From Escherichia coli (lineage in GTDB: Bacteria; Pseudomonadota; Gammaproteobacteria; Enterobacterales; Enterobacteriaceae), in NCBI RefSeq assembly GCF_003991155.1, contig NZ_CP031293.1: 64,000 nt of DNA; one strand, written 5' to 3'. Shown piece by piece: positions 43,931-54,705 of the stretch (positions are counted from its first letter, which is position 1; each line of letters begins with the position of its first letter). Both the position numbers and the translations under genes were made by a program. The notes under the pieces are model-generated. The model saw only the letters and a program-made list of their open reading frames with translations, did no database searches and was not told where the DNA came from.

Positions 43931-43959
43931 TGTAGACCTGATAAGCGAAGCGCATCAGG
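43931..43959 (-). repeat. Second REP in inverted orientation (BIME partner)
   Basis: tgtagacctgataagcgaagcgcatcagg is the reverse complement of the REP consensus. Confidence 0.6.
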
Positions 43960-43967
43960 TAAAGGTT

Positions 43968-44861
43968 TCAGAGTTCAATTTCCCATTCGGCATGGAAAAG
44001 AATCACCGCTGTGCCAGAAATGGTGACTTTCTCCGGTTGGTTATCTCGAATTGTCACCGTCACATCAATTACACCATCACGCCCCAATGCGCGCCCCTGA
44101 TGGCCTTTAACACGCAACACGTTGCCATCGTGTGGCAATACGTTGTGATGTACTAACCATGCACCCATCGGGCCATTGGCATTGCCAGTCACCGGATCTT
44201 CCACAATACCAATCGCAGGCGAGAACATGCGACCATCGGTTTCGTTTTTGCCTGGGCGGATCTGGAACGGGAAGAAACCATTGCAGCCAATCTGTTTGCT
44301 GATTGTGGTCAGCGCAGCAAGGTCAGGCGAAAGGGCGTCGATATCCACTTCCGGCTTCAGTGGAATCATCACTTTTGAGTGTCCTGTGGTAGCCACCTGG
44401 ATTGGCAAGCCTTGCAAAATATCGTCTTCAGTGAGATGAAGCGCGTTGATAATCGCTGCACGTGTTTCACCTTTCAGCGGTGGCTCAAAGCCTGGAGTAC
44501 CTTGTTCCAGCGAAATACGATAATCATCATTTTGCTTTTCGATAGTCACACGATGTTTTCCTGCCAGCGACGTTTGCCAGACGGTGCAATTTCCTAAACC
44601 TAACACCTTTGCACGTACATAGTGCGCAGCTACTGTCGCGTGACCACAAATCGGAACTTCAACCGTTGGCGTAAAGTAGCGGATGCGCACATCGCTGTCG
44701 TCGCTGTGCAGCAGAAAAGCAGTTTCCGAATGACCTAACTCGCGGGCGATAAGCTGCATTTGCGCTTCGCTAAGATTATCGGCGGGGAAAACAACACCGG
44801 CAGAATTGCCGCGAAACGGTTGAGAGGTAAAAGCATCGACGTGGTAAACCTGCGGTTTCAT
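43968..44861 (-). CDS. yddE: PhzF-family isomerase-like protein YddE
   Basis: 297 aa, MKPQVYHVDAFTSQPFRGNSAGVV... PhzF/DapF-like fold. Confidence 0.8.
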   Translation of the reverse strand: MKPQVYHVDAFTSQPFRGNSAGVVFPADNLSEAQMQLIARELGHSETAFLLHSDDSDVRIRYFTPTVEVPICGHATVAAHYVRAKVLGLGNCTVWQTSLAGKHRVTIEKQNDDYRISLEQGTPGFEPPLKGETRAAIINALHLTEDDILQGLPIQVATTGHSKVMIPLKPEVDIDALSPDLAALTTISKQIGCNGFFPFQIRPGKNETDGRMFSPAIGIVEDPVTGNANGPMGAWLVHHNVLPHDGNVLRVKGHQGRALGRDGVIDVTVTIRDNQPEKVTISGTAVILFHAEWEIEL

Positions 44862-44940
44862 TAATGTTCTCCTGTGGCTGGAGAACTATCATAGCCTGCA
44901 AGTGGCCGGAGAGCGAAGAGCTATCCGGCCCGCGAGAGAA

Positions 44941-45621
44941 TTAACGCCGCGAACGCACAATCTGATACCGACGAGTAAAGTACTCAAACGGCGCGCTCCA
45001 GACATGCACCAGTCGGGTGAACGGGAAGAGCAGAAAGATGGTCATTCCAAGCACCAGATGAATGCGGAATATAAAGGCGACACCATCAAGATGCGTAGAT
45101 GCACCGCCCTGGAAAGTGACAATGCTTTGCGCCCAGCCCACCAGCTTCATCATTTCACTGCCGTCCGGATGTTGTGCTGAAAAAGGAATGGTGGTTAACC
45201 CAAGAATGCACTGAATTAACAAAATGGCGAGGATCAGGATATCCGCACCAGAAGACGTCGCCCTGATACGCGGATTTGTTAAACGACGCACCAGTAGCCC
45301 CGCACCGCCAATCAGCGTCAATACCCCGCATATTCCGCCGAGGATCATCGCCATTAGTTGTTTCGCTGCCACTGGCAAAAACCACGCGTACATCCAGTGC
45401 GGCGTTAACATGCCGAACAGGTGCCCGAAGAAAATCCCCAAAATGCCGATATGGAACAGATTCGACCACAGCACCATACCACGTTTATCCAGCATCTGGC
45501 TGGAGGCGGCGCGCCAGGTATACTGCCCGTAATCGTAGCGCAGCCAGCTTCCAAGGATAAAAACCGTGCCACACAAGTACGGGTAGATATCGTAAAAAAA
45601 GACGTTCAGATACTGAATCAT
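44941..45621 (-). CDS. narV: Respiratory nitrate reductase 2 gamma subunit (cytochrome b)
   Basis: 226-aa membrane protein; last gene of narUZYWV. Confidence 0.9.
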   Translation of the reverse strand: MIQYLNVFFYDIYPYLCGTVFILGSWLRYDYGQYTWRAASSQMLDKRGMVLWSNLFHIGILGIFFGHLFGMLTPHWMYAWFLPVAAKQLMAMILGGICGVLTLIGGAGLLVRRLTNPRIRATSSGADILILAILLIQCILGLTTIPFSAQHPDGSEMMKLVGWAQSIVTFQGGASTHLDGVAFIFRIHLVLGMTIFLLFPFTRLVHVWSAPFEYFTRRYQIVRSRR

Positions 45622-46313
45622 TTCCCACCTCCCGCACTGATGTCGACATACTGCGGCGCGACATCCTGGCTAAAGCGTCGCTGATATTGATTAAGCGGCG
45701 AGCTGTCACACGCCGTGGCGTTATCTTCAATAAACTTCACCTGTTCTTCTTCCCACACCGCATCCAGCGCCTGGCGGGTGTCGTCACGCTCTTCACTGCG
45801 AATCTGTTTTGTGACGCTGTCACTTGACAGAGGGCTTCCTGCCAGTTGCAACAGGGTGTCAAATAACGCGTACCACGGTGCCTCGCGTTGTTTTAAGCGT
45901 CCGCCAAGCAGGGCGAGGATCGGCGCAACGTTGAGCAAGCCTTCTTTCGCCTGATCGTCCGGCAGTACGCTTAAGTACTCCAGATACAGCGGCAGATAAT
46001 CGGGCAGTTCTCGACAATCCAACTGCAGACCGACCTTTTCATACTCCGCCAGCAGGTCCACCATTGCCTGGCCGCGATCGCGGGACTCGGCATGAACATG
46101 TTCGAACAGCAGCAGCGATGTGGTACGTCCACGGTCAAACACTTCGCACCATTCGGCCTGTTTATCCAGCAGCGGCGCGTTAAGCAGGTTGCGGGTAAAA
46201 TCCGTAAGCATCGGTGCGTCGCGGCGGATCAACGCCAGCGCGTCCTCCTTACATTCCCACAACAGCTCGTCCGGATACTCCATCAACAGGCCGATCACTT
46301 TGAGGATCTGCAT
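45618..46313 (-). CDS. narW: Nitrate reductase 2 delta subunit (molybdenum cofactor assembly chaperone)
   Basis: 231 aa, NarJ-like; overlaps neighbouring genes by a few nt. Confidence 0.9.
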   Translation of the reverse strand: MQILKVIGLLMEYPDELLWECKEDALALIRRDAPMLTDFTRNLLNAPLLDKQAEWCEVFDRGRTTSLLLFEHVHAESRDRGQAMVDLLAEYEKVGLQLDCRELPDYLPLYLEYLSVLPDDQAKEGLLNVAPILALLGGRLKQREAPWYALFDTLLQLAGSPLSSDSVTKQIRSEERDDTRQALDAVWEEEQVKFIEDNATACDSSPLNQYQRRFSQDVAPQYVDISAGGGK

Positions 46314-47857
46314 TATTCGCCCTCCGCTTTGTCGCGCACTTCGGTGATGTTGATGGCATCGATACGGCTACTGTTGAACAGGTTGAATTTGCTGTCCGAG
46401 CCGTGGCAACCGTCGCCAAAGGTAAAACCGCAGCCGTTGCGTTCTGCGAAGGCATCGCCCGCCATTTCCCGATGGCTTGTCGGGATGACAAAACGGTCTT
46501 CATAGTTGGCAATGGCGAGGTAACGATACATCTCTTCGACCTGGGCGACGCTCAGACCTACTTCGTCGATGGCACGAGTATCAGTAACGCCTTCCACGGT
46601 TTGTGAACGCATATAGTGGCGCATCGCCATCATCCGTTTCAGCGCCCGCAGTACCGGACCGGTATCACCGGCACTCAACATATTGGCGAGATATTGCACC
46701 GGAATACGCAGGCTTTCGATGGCGGGCAGCACGCCTTCGCTTTTCGGCAAACCTCCCGCATCAGCGTAGGACTGAATCGGTGACAGCGGCGGAACGTACC
46801 AGACCATCGGCAGGGTGCGGTATTCAGGGTGCAGCGGTAGCGCCAGTTTCCAGTCCATTGCCATTTTGTAGACTGGCGAACGCTGGGCAGCGTCAATCAC
46901 GTTTTGTGGAATACCTTGTTTCAGGGCTTCCTCGATCACCGAGGGATCGTGCGGATCGAGGAACACTTCGCACTGGCGTTCATAGAGGTCAACTTCGCGC
47001 TCGGTGCTCGCCGCTTCCTCGATGCGGTCGGCGTCGTAAAGCAGCACGCCCAGATATCGGATGCGACCCACGCAGGTTTCTGAGCACACGGTGGGTTGGC
47101 CTGACTCAATTCGTGGGTAACAGAAGATACATTTTTCTGACTTGCCGCTTTTCCAGTTGAAGTAGATTTTTTTGTACGGACAACCGCTAATGCACAAACG
47201 CCAGCCACGGCATTTATCCTGATCGATCAGCACAATGCCGTCTTCTTCGCGTTTGTAGATAGCGCCGCTTGGGCAGGTCGCCACGCAACTGGGATTGAGA
47301 CAGTGTTCGCACAAGCGCGGCAGGTACATCATGAAGGTGTTTTCAAACTGCCCGTACATCTCCTTTTGCATGGCCTCGAAGTTGCGGTCACGGGCGCGTT
47401 TTTCGAATTCGCCGCCCAACAATTCTTCCCAGTTTGGCCCCCAGATCACTTTGTCCATCCGTTTGCCGTCAATCAGTGAACGCGGGCGAGCAGTAGGGAT
47501 ATGTTTGCCTTCCGGTGCGCTATGCAAATGTTCGTAGTCGAAGGTGAAAGGTTCGTAGTAATCATCAATCTGCGGCACCACCGGGTTGGCGAAGATTTTG
47601 GTTATTACGCCCATCTTGCTGCCCAGACGCGGGCGGATCTTGCCATTCACATCACGCACCCAGCCGCCTTGCCACTCTTCCTGATCTTCCCAGTTTTTCG
47701 GATAACCAATGCCCGGTTTGGTTTCGACGTTGTTAAACCATGCGTACTCCATGCCTTCGCGTCCGGTCCAGACGTTTTTACAGGTCACCGAACAGGTATG
47801 GCAGCCAATACATTTATCGAGGTTAAGCACCATGCCGACTTGCGAACGTATTTTCAT
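46313..47857 (-). CDS. narY: Nitrate reductase 2 beta subunit (Fe-S)
   Basis: 514 aa with four Cys clusters (CIGCHTCSVTC, CEHCLNPSCVATCPSGA and others). Confidence 0.9.
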   Translation of the reverse strand: MKIRSQVGMVLNLDKCIGCHTCSVTCKNVWTGREGMEYAWFNNVETKPGIGYPKNWEDQEEWQGGWVRDVNGKIRPRLGSKMGVITKIFANPVVPQIDDYYEPFTFDYEHLHSAPEGKHIPTARPRSLIDGKRMDKVIWGPNWEELLGGEFEKRARDRNFEAMQKEMYGQFENTFMMYLPRLCEHCLNPSCVATCPSGAIYKREEDGIVLIDQDKCRGWRLCISGCPYKKIYFNWKSGKSEKCIFCYPRIESGQPTVCSETCVGRIRYLGVLLYDADRIEEAASTEREVDLYERQCEVFLDPHDPSVIEEALKQGIPQNVIDAAQRSPVYKMAMDWKLALPLHPEYRTLPMVWYVPPLSPIQSYADAGGLPKSEGVLPAIESLRIPVQYLANMLSAGDTGPVLRALKRMMAMRHYMRSQTVEGVTDTRAIDEVGLSVAQVEEMYRYLAIANYEDRFVIPTSHREMAGDAFAERNGCGFTFGDGCHGSDSKFNLFNSSRIDAINITEVRDKAEGE

Positions 47858-50800
47858 TTTTTCGCCTCCTGAACCTGATCGCGACCTTCATCATCCAGCC
47901 AGTTAACGTTCTTCATCTTGCGGATCATGATGAATTCGTCGCGGTTCGAGCCGACGGTGCCGTAGTAGTTAAAGCCCCAGGCCAGCTGCGCGTAACCGCC
48001 AATCATATGCGTTGGTTTCGGACAAACGCGGGTGACCGAGTTATGAATGCCGCCGCGCATGCCAGTTACTTCCGAACCAGGAATATTCATAATGCGTTCC
48101 TGGGCGTGATACATCATGGTCATGCCCGGCGGTACACGCTGGCTGACCACCGCGCGGGCCGTCAGCGCGCCATTGGCGTTAAACACTTCCACCCAGTCGT
48201 TATCGACAATGGTCAGTTCACGGGCATCGGTTTCGCTGATCCAGACAATCGGTCCACCGCGAGAGAGCGTCAGCATTAGCAGGTTTTCACTGTAGGTTGA
48301 GTGAATGCCCCATTTCTGATGCGGTGTCAGGAAGTTAAGGGCTTTCTCCGGGAAGCCGTTTGGCGGTATCTGGCGCATTTCACTGACGCTACGGGTGTCG
48401 ATAGGCGGGCGATAAGCCACCAGACTTTCACCAAAAGCACGCATCCACGGATGATCCTGATAGAGTTGCTGGCGTCCCGACAGCGTGCGCCACGGAATTA
48501 ACTCATGAACGTTGGTGTATCCCGCGTTATAGGAGACGTGATCGCTTTCCAGACCAGACCATGTGGGGCTGGAGATAATTTTACGTGGCTGCGCCTGAAT
48601 ATCGCGAAAGCGAATCTTCTCGTCCTCTTTGTGCAGCGCCAGATGGGTATGTTCGCGTCCGGTGATCTCGCCCAGCGCCTGCCACGCTTTGACTGCAACA
48701 TGACCGTTGGTTTCCGGTGCCAGCGCCAGAATCACTTCTGATGCGTCAATGGCGGTGTCAATCAGCGGACGCCCCTGTGCCGGGCCTTCACGTTTGGTGT
48801 AGTTGAGTTTGCCGAGGAAATCGATTTCATCCTGGGTATTCCACGAAATCCCTTTACCGCCGTTGCCAAGTTTGTCCATCAATGGCCCGAGCGAGGTAAA
48901 GCGTTCATAGGTAGCAGGGTAGTCGCGTTCCACCGCCACAATATTGGGCGCGGTTTTACCTGGAATCAGATCGCATTCGCCTTTGCGCCAGTCGAGCACT
49001 TCACACGGCTGGGAGAGTTCTGCCGGAGAGTCATGTAGCAGTGGTTGTAATACCACGTCGGTTTCTTTGCCAAGATGACCCACGCACAGTTGCGAAAATG
49101 CTTTGGCGATACCTTTGTAGATTTCCCAGTCGCTGCGTGATTCCCACGCCGGATCGACCGCCGCAGAAAGCGGATGAATAAACGGATGCATATCCGAGGT
49201 GTTCATATCGTCTTTTTCGTACCAGGTGGCGGTGGGCAGAACGATATCGGAGAACAGGCAGGTACTGGACATACGGAAGTCGAGCGTCACCAGCAGGTCG
49301 AGCTTGCCTTCAATCGCCGCAGTTTGCCACTCGACTTCTTCTGGTTTGATCCCGTCGCTGGCACCGAGTTCCTGACCCTGAATCCCACTTTCGGTTCCCA
49401 GCAGATACTTCTGCATATACTCGTGACCTTTGCCGGAGGAGCCAAGCAGGTTAGAACGCCAGACAAACAAATTACGCGGATGATTGCTGCCGCTATCTGG
49501 TTGTTCGCAGGCCATACGTAAATCGCCCGATTTCAGCGCCTGGGCGGTGAATTCTGTGGGAGATAATCCGGCCTTGTCGGCTTCAGCTTTAATCCCGAGC
49601 GGATTACGCCCCAACTGCGGCGCAGAAGGTAGCCAGCCCATACGTTCGGCGCGAACGTTGAAATCAATCAGATGACCGCTGTACTTACTGGCATCGGCAA
49701 GCGGTGAAAGTAACTCCTGAGCAGAGACTTTTTCATAGCGCCATTGGCTGGAATGATTGTAGAAAAACGAGGTGCTGTTCATCTGGCGCGGTGGTCGGTT
49801 CCAGTCGAGCGCAAAAGCCAGAGGCAGCCAGCCGGTTTGCGGGCGCAGTTTTTCCTGACCGACATAGTGTGCCCAGCCGCCACCGCTTTGCCCGACACAA
49901 CCGCAGAAGATCAGCATATTGATCATCCCGCGGTAGTTCATGTCCATGTGATACCAATGGTTGACGCCAGCACCGAGAATAATCATCGAACGCCCATGCG
50001 TTTTATGGGCGGTATCGGCAAATTCACGGGCGATGGTTTCAATATACTGGCGCGGCACGCCGGTAATTTGCTCACCCCAGGCTGGGGTGTACGGTTTGAT
50101 TTCAGCGTAATCTTTCGCGCTGTTTTCATCTTCCAGCCCGCGATCGAGGCCATAATTCGCCAGTACCAAATCATAAACGCTGACGACCGGACAGGTGTTG
50201 CCATCGGCTAATGTCAGGTTTTTAACGGGCAATTGGCGCACCAGGACCGGATTGTGTTTTACGCGGCGAAAATGCGGATTTTCAATGCCGCCAAAGTAGG
50301 GGAAGGCCACGCCTGCAACGGCATCATGTTGACCGAGCAGAGTTAACGACAATTCGTTTTCCGTACCGGCGGCAATGGATTCCAGATTCCATTTGCCTTT
50401 TTCTCCCCAGCGAAAACCAATCGAACCGTTCGGCACCACCAGTTCACCTGCGGTATTAACTGCCACGGTTTTCCACTGCGGATTATTGCTTTCGCCCAGT
50501 CCATCTACCAGGTCAGACGCGCGGACCATGCGCCCGGGAACGTAGCTGCCGTCGTCGCGAGGTTCCAGCATTACCAGCATCGGCATGTCGCTGTAGCGGC
50601 GGCAGTAGTTGATAAAGTAGTCGCTGGGATTATCGAGATGAAACTCTTTTAAAATGACATGGCCCATTGCCATTGCCAGGGCACTATCAGTGCCTTGTTT
50701 CGGTGCCAGCCACTGGTCGCACAATTTGGCCACTTCAGAGTAGTCAGGGGTAATGGCGATGGTTTTAGTGCCTTTGTAGCGTACTTCGGTAAAGAAATGG

Positions 50801-51594
50801 GCGTCCGGCGTACGTGTCTGCGGTACGTTAGACCCCCAGGCGATGATGTAACTGGAGTTATACCAGTCGGCAGATTCCGGTACGTCGGTTTGCTCGCCCC
50901 AGGTCATCGGCGAGGCGGGCGGCAGGTCGCAATACCAGTCGTAGAAGCTTAAACAGGTGCCACCTAACAGCGACAGATAACGTGTTCCGGCGGCGTAAGA
51001 AACCATCGACATCGCCGGGATCGGCGAGAAACCGGCAACGCGATCCGGGCCGTAAGTTTTGATGGTCCAGACGTTAGCAGCGGCAATCAGCTGGTTTAGC
51101 TCCTGCCAGTTGGAGCGGATAAAGCCGCCGCGTCCACGTACTTGTTTGTAGCTCAGGCACTTTTGCGGATCGTTCATAATTGATGCCCACGCCAGTACCG
51201 GATCGCTGTGTTGCTTGAGGGCTTCGCGCCACAGTTCAATCAGTCGTTTACGAATGAGCGGGTATTTCAGGCGGTTAGCGCTGTAGAGATACCAGGAGTA
51301 ACTTGCGCCACGCGGGCAGCCGCGAGGTTCGTGATTTGGCAGGTCAGGGCGAGTGCGCGGGTAGTCGGTCTGTTGGATTTCCCAGGTCACCAGACCATTT
51401 TTAACGTATATTTTCCAGCTACAGGAGCCTGTACAGTTAACACCGTGGGTGGAACGCACGATTTTGTCGAACTGCCTACGCTGGCGATAGCTGTCCTCCC
51501 AGTCGCGGTTGCTATGCATCACCTGTCCGTGACCATCGGCAAAGGTTTCGCCCTTTTGTTTGAAGTAGCGAAAGCGATCCAAAAGTTTACTCAT
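47854..51594 (-). CDS. narZ: Nitrate reductase 2 alpha subunit (molybdopterin guanine dinucleotide enzyme)
   Basis: ORF 47854..51717; start at MSKLLDRFRYFKQKGETFADGHGQ (ATG 51594) gives 1246 aa; N-terminal H/C Fe-S motif HGVNCTGSCSWKIY. Confidence 0.9.
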   Translation of the reverse strand: MSKLLDRFRYFKQKGETFADGHGQVMHSNRDWEDSYRQRRQFDKIVRSTHGVNCTGSCSWKIYVKNGLVTWEIQQTDYPRTRPDLPNHEPRGCPRGASYSWYLYSANRLKYPLIRKRLIELWREALKQHSDPVLAWASIMNDPQKCLSYKQVRGRGGFIRSNWQELNQLIAAANVWTIKTYGPDRVAGFSPIPAMSMVSYAAGTRYLSLLGGTCLSFYDWYCDLPPASPMTWGEQTDVPESADWYNSSYIIAWGSNVPQTRTPDAHFFTEVRYKGTKTIAITPDYSEVAKLCDQWLAPKQGTDSALAMAMGHVILKEFHLDNPSDYFINYCRRYSDMPMLVMLEPRDDGSYVPGRMVRASDLVDGLGESNNPQWKTVAVNTAGELVVPNGSIGFRWGEKGKWNLESIAAGTENELSLTLLGQHDAVAGVAFPYFGGIENPHFRRVKHNPVLVRQLPVKNLTLADGNTCPVVSVYDLVLANYGLDRGLEDENSAKDYAEIKPYTPAWGEQITGVPRQYIETIAREFADTAHKTHGRSMIILGAGVNHWYHMDMNYRGMINMLIFCGCVGQSGGGWAHYVGQEKLRPQTGWLPLAFALDWNRPPRQMNSTSFFYNHSSQWRYEKVSAQELLSPLADASKYSGHLIDFNVRAERMGWLPSAPQLGRNPLGIKAEADKAGLSPTEFTAQALKSGDLRMACEQPDSGSNHPRNLFVWRSNLLGSSGKGHEYMQKYLLGTESGIQGQELGASDGIKPEEVEWQTAAIEGKLDLLVTLDFRMSSTCLFSDIVLPTATWYEKDDMNTSDMHPFIHPLSAAVDPAWESRSDWEIYKGIAKAFSQLCVGHLGKETDVVLQPLLHDSPAELSQPCEVLDWRKGECDLIPGKTAPNIVAVERDYPATYERFTSLGPLMDKLGNGGKGISWNTQDEIDFLGKLNYTKREGPAQGRPLIDTAIDASEVILALAPETNGHVAVKAWQALGEITGREHTHLALHKEDEKIRFRDIQAQPRKIISSPTWSGLESDHVSYNAGYTNVHELIPWRTLSGRQQLYQDHPWMRAFGESLVAYRPPIDTRSVSEMRQIPPNGFPEKALNFLTPHQKWGIHSTYSENLLMLTLSRGGPIVWISETDARELTIVDNDWVEVFNANGALTARAVVSQRVPPGMTMMYHAQERIMNIPGSEVTGMRGGIHNSVTRVCPKPTHMIGGYAQLAWGFNYYGTVGSNRDEFIMIRKMKNVNWLDDEGRDQVQEAKK

Positions 51595-51688
51595 GACATA
51601 ACTCCTGCTCCAGGAATGAATTGGGATCTGATGCCTTGTCGGACGCGACACGGTTGTAGCCTGATAAGACGTGTCAGGCATCGATCTC

Positions 51689-53077
51689 TTATTTTTGGCT
51701 GAACTTCCGCCGACCATAAACCAGCCAGGTCAGTAGCACGCAAACGATGTAGAAGATTAAAAACACTTTCATCGCGCCCACCGGAGAGCCGGTCATATTG
51801 AGCGACATGCCAAACGCCTGCGGAATAAAAAAGCCGCCCACTGCGCCAATGGCTGAGATAAAGCCCAGAGCGGCTGCCGTTTCGGTGACGGCTTCTCTTT
51901 GAGCTTGCTCATCACTACCGCCTTTCATCTTCACCCGATAAATGGTTATCTGGCGAAAGATGACGGCGATCATCTGGAAAGTAGAACCACTTCCCAGACC
52001 CGCGGTCAGAAACAGCCCCATAAATACGGCGTAAAATGCGATGAAATTACCGGAGCCTGTGCCCGGTAAGGTAAGGAACAGCAGGGCGCTGAAAATCGCC
52101 ATAAAAATGAAGTTGATCAACGTCACCCGCACGCCGCCGAATTTATCGGAAATAGCACCACCAAGCGATCGCGCGATGGCACCGATAAATGGGCCAAAGA
52201 ACGCCAGGCGCAGAATATTCACATCCGGGAACTGAGTTTTCGCCAGCATGGCAAAACCCGCAGAAAAACCGATAAACGAACCGAAGGTGGCAAGGTAAAG
52301 CAGGCTCAGCAGCCAGAGATGCAGGCGTTGTAACACTGGCAGCTGGTCGGCAATTGACGCGCGTGAACTGGCGATATCATTCATCCCTGACCAGGCGGCG
52401 ATCGTGGCAATCGCCAGTAATGGCACCCAAATCCATGCGGCATTCGCCAGCGACATTACCGAACCGTCGGCCTGCGGTACGCCATTGACGCCGAGAAAGG
52501 CAAATACGGGTACAAAAATGACCAGCGGTGCAACCAGCTGCATCACACTTACACCTAAGTTTCCTAATCCGCCATTAATCCCAAGTGCGCTCCCTTGTTT
52601 GGCTTTTGGGAAGAAGAAACTGATATTGCCCATGCTCGAAGCAAAGTTCGCACCTGCAAAACCGCATAGCAAAGCGATAACGATAAATATCCCAAAAGGA
52701 GTATTCGGATTCTGCACGGCAATTCCGAGCCAGACGCAAGGAATAATCAGGATTGCAGTACTAAAAACCGTCCATCGGCGTCCACCGAATATAGGCACCA
52801 TAAAGGAGTAGGGGACACGCAATAATGCGCCAGAAACGGAGGGTAATGCGGTTAATAAAAAGAGTTGATCGGTAGTGAAATTAAAACCGATTTTATTGAG
52901 ATTAACAGTAACTGCGCTAAATAGCATCCAGACACAGAAGGCAAGAAGTAGACAACTGACTGATATCCAGAGGTTTCTTCGTGCAATATGTTTTCCTTTA
53001 TTTTCCCAGAAGGCCGGATTTTCTGGTTTCCAGTCGCGTAAAAGATAACGACTATTTTTCTCATTTTGCAGTGCCAT
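51689..53077 (-). CDS. narU: Nitrate/nitrite transporter (MFS, NarK family)
   Basis: ORF 51689..53119; start at MALQNEKNSRYLLRDWKPENPAFW gives 462 aa. Confidence 0.9.
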   Translation of the reverse strand: MALQNEKNSRYLLRDWKPENPAFWENKGKHIARRNLWISVSCLLLAFCVWMLFSAVTVNLNKIGFNFTTDQLFLLTALPSVSGALLRVPYSFMVPIFGGRRWTVFSTAILIIPCVWLGIAVQNPNTPFGIFIVIALLCGFAGANFASSMGNISFFFPKAKQGSALGINGGLGNLGVSVMQLVAPLVIFVPVFAFLGVNGVPQADGSVMSLANAAWIWVPLLAIATIAAWSGMNDIASSRASIADQLPVLQRLHLWLLSLLYLATFGSFIGFSAGFAMLAKTQFPDVNILRLAFFGPFIGAIARSLGGAISDKFGGVRVTLINFIFMAIFSALLFLTLPGTGSGNFIAFYAVFMGLFLTAGLGSGSTFQMIAVIFRQITIYRVKMKGGSDEQAQREAVTETAAALGFISAIGAVGGFFIPQAFGMSLNMTGSPVGAMKVFLIFYIVCVLLTWLVYGRRKFSQK

Positions 53078-53386
53078 ATTGTTCCTCACATGCACACATT
53101 GGTAATGAAAAAAAGACAAAACAGGAGGTAAGGCGCAATAGCCAGTTATTAGAATTAAGGATGAATCAGGTGAAGTGCTGATTAGAAGAATAGATAAGAA
53201 AGCGTAACTGCGGGGGCAGAATGTGGATTAAACAGACAGATATGTGTTACTAAATGTAACCATTAAACGGGGGTTAATCTTTGAACGTATGTCATGTTTC
53301 AACCCTTCAGATCGTGAATCTAAAGGGTTGCATATTAACTATATTCTCAACAAGACCAGACACTTATAGAATTAGTGATGATTTAT

Positions 53387-54643
53387 TCACTGAAAAGGCC
53401 ATGAGCTGGAGGAAAACGATCTGTCCAGAAAGTCTATCGGTTCCTCTCTTATCGCCTCATTGTAATAATCGTTATTACAGTAAGTATTGTTTATTTCATC
53501 TAATGTCATATTTTTAATTTTTATATTCATCTGATTTACAACTTCTTCTGTTTTATAAGTGTGTATATTATATGGGGTATATGCTTCTTTAATAGTATAG
53601 TGAAACAATTCGTTATCCACATCTACTCCGTCAGAGTGAACTTCAAATGCACCAGGCGAAAGAATTGCCAGGCCAGTATTAAGCTTAAGTGCTGGGGAAA
53701 ATAAATTAAATAACATGAGCTGCATAGTAGGGCAATTGTTCTTCCCAGAAACATTTAAAAAATTTAAGTTTTTGCTCTGTTTTATTATGGGGAATAAAGT
53801 TCCAATATCGGATGTATTCTTAGTGTCAATGCGGGTTATTTTATTATTGTCCAGCCTTAAACTTTTGATAGATGAAAGATAAGTCAGGAAATGAAGGTTT
53901 ATTTTTTCCAACTGATTGTTCGCAGCGTTTAATGTCTGAACATTGCAGAAGTTGCTAAAGAATATTTTAATTTCAGAAAGCAAGTTGTTGTTGATAAGTA
54001 ACGTATTCAAGTTGGGGAATAAGGCATTATGTAAACTTGTTAGTTTATTATGGGATAGATCCAGCAGTAAAAGTTCATCTTTATTTCCTGCCACAATATC
54101 AGTTAATTGATTGTGGCTGAGATTCAGGTACTGCAGCCTTTCGCAACATTCTAATTGCACAAACTCTAGTTGATTATGTGCCGCACTAAAATAAGTAATT
54201 GATGAAAGCCGATCTATATCAATATTTCTGAGAGAATTATTATTCATAGATATATGTGTAATGCTTACATTTCTACCTTGAGGAAAATTTATTGACTCAA
54301 GAGCATTACTATTCAGACTAAGCTTTACGAGTCTATCGTAGGTGGTTGTATCAAAATGTGTGAGTTGGTTATTATCAAGATTGATAGAGGTGAAGTTTTG
54401 CAGCCCTGGTGGTTGGGTAGTTAAATTAAGTCCTGATAAATCAATATCATTCTGTTTCGACAAAAAAGCACAATTTATCCTTTTAGCGGCTTCGTTTCGG
54501 CATTCCGGACGATGGATTTCACCTGTAAGTATGCGTTCTGCTTTCCATTGATTTAATTCGAGCATCCAGTTAAGTTCATTTTTTTCTGGATGTTGCTGTA
54601 TGGATTGTGGATTTATTTTATTAAATATTGAAGGGAATTTCAT
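53387..54643 (-). CDS. Leucine-rich repeat protein with type III effector-like (IpaH/YopM-type) LRR and a C-terminal domain of unknown function
   Basis: 418 aa; repeated LxxLxLxxNxLTxL units (LNLSHNQLTDI, LDLSHNKLTSL, LRLDNNKITRI); AT-rich gene. Confidence 0.75.
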   Translation of the reverse strand: MKFPSIFNKINPQSIQQHPEKNELNWMLELNQWKAERILTGEIHRPECRNEAAKRINCAFLSKQNDIDLSGLNLTTQPPGLQNFTSINLDNNQLTHFDTTTYDRLVKLSLNSNALESINFPQGRNVSITHISMNNNSLRNIDIDRLSSITYFSAAHNQLEFVQLECCERLQYLNLSHNQLTDIVAGNKDELLLLDLSHNKLTSLHNALFPNLNTLLINNNLLSEIKIFFSNFCNVQTLNAANNQLEKINLHFLTYLSSIKSLRLDNNKITRIDTKNTSDIGTLFPIIKQSKNLNFLNVSGKNNCPTMQLMLFNLFSPALKLNTGLAILSPGAFEVHSDGVDVDNELFHYTIKEAYTPYNIHTYKTEEVVNQMNIKIKNMTLDEINNTYCNNDYYNEAIREEPIDFLDRSFSSSSWPFQ

Positions 54644-54705
54644 AACTGCTCCGTAGTAATGCTTTATTTTAATGATTTATTACCCTTGATAAATCAGGAT
54701 GTGTT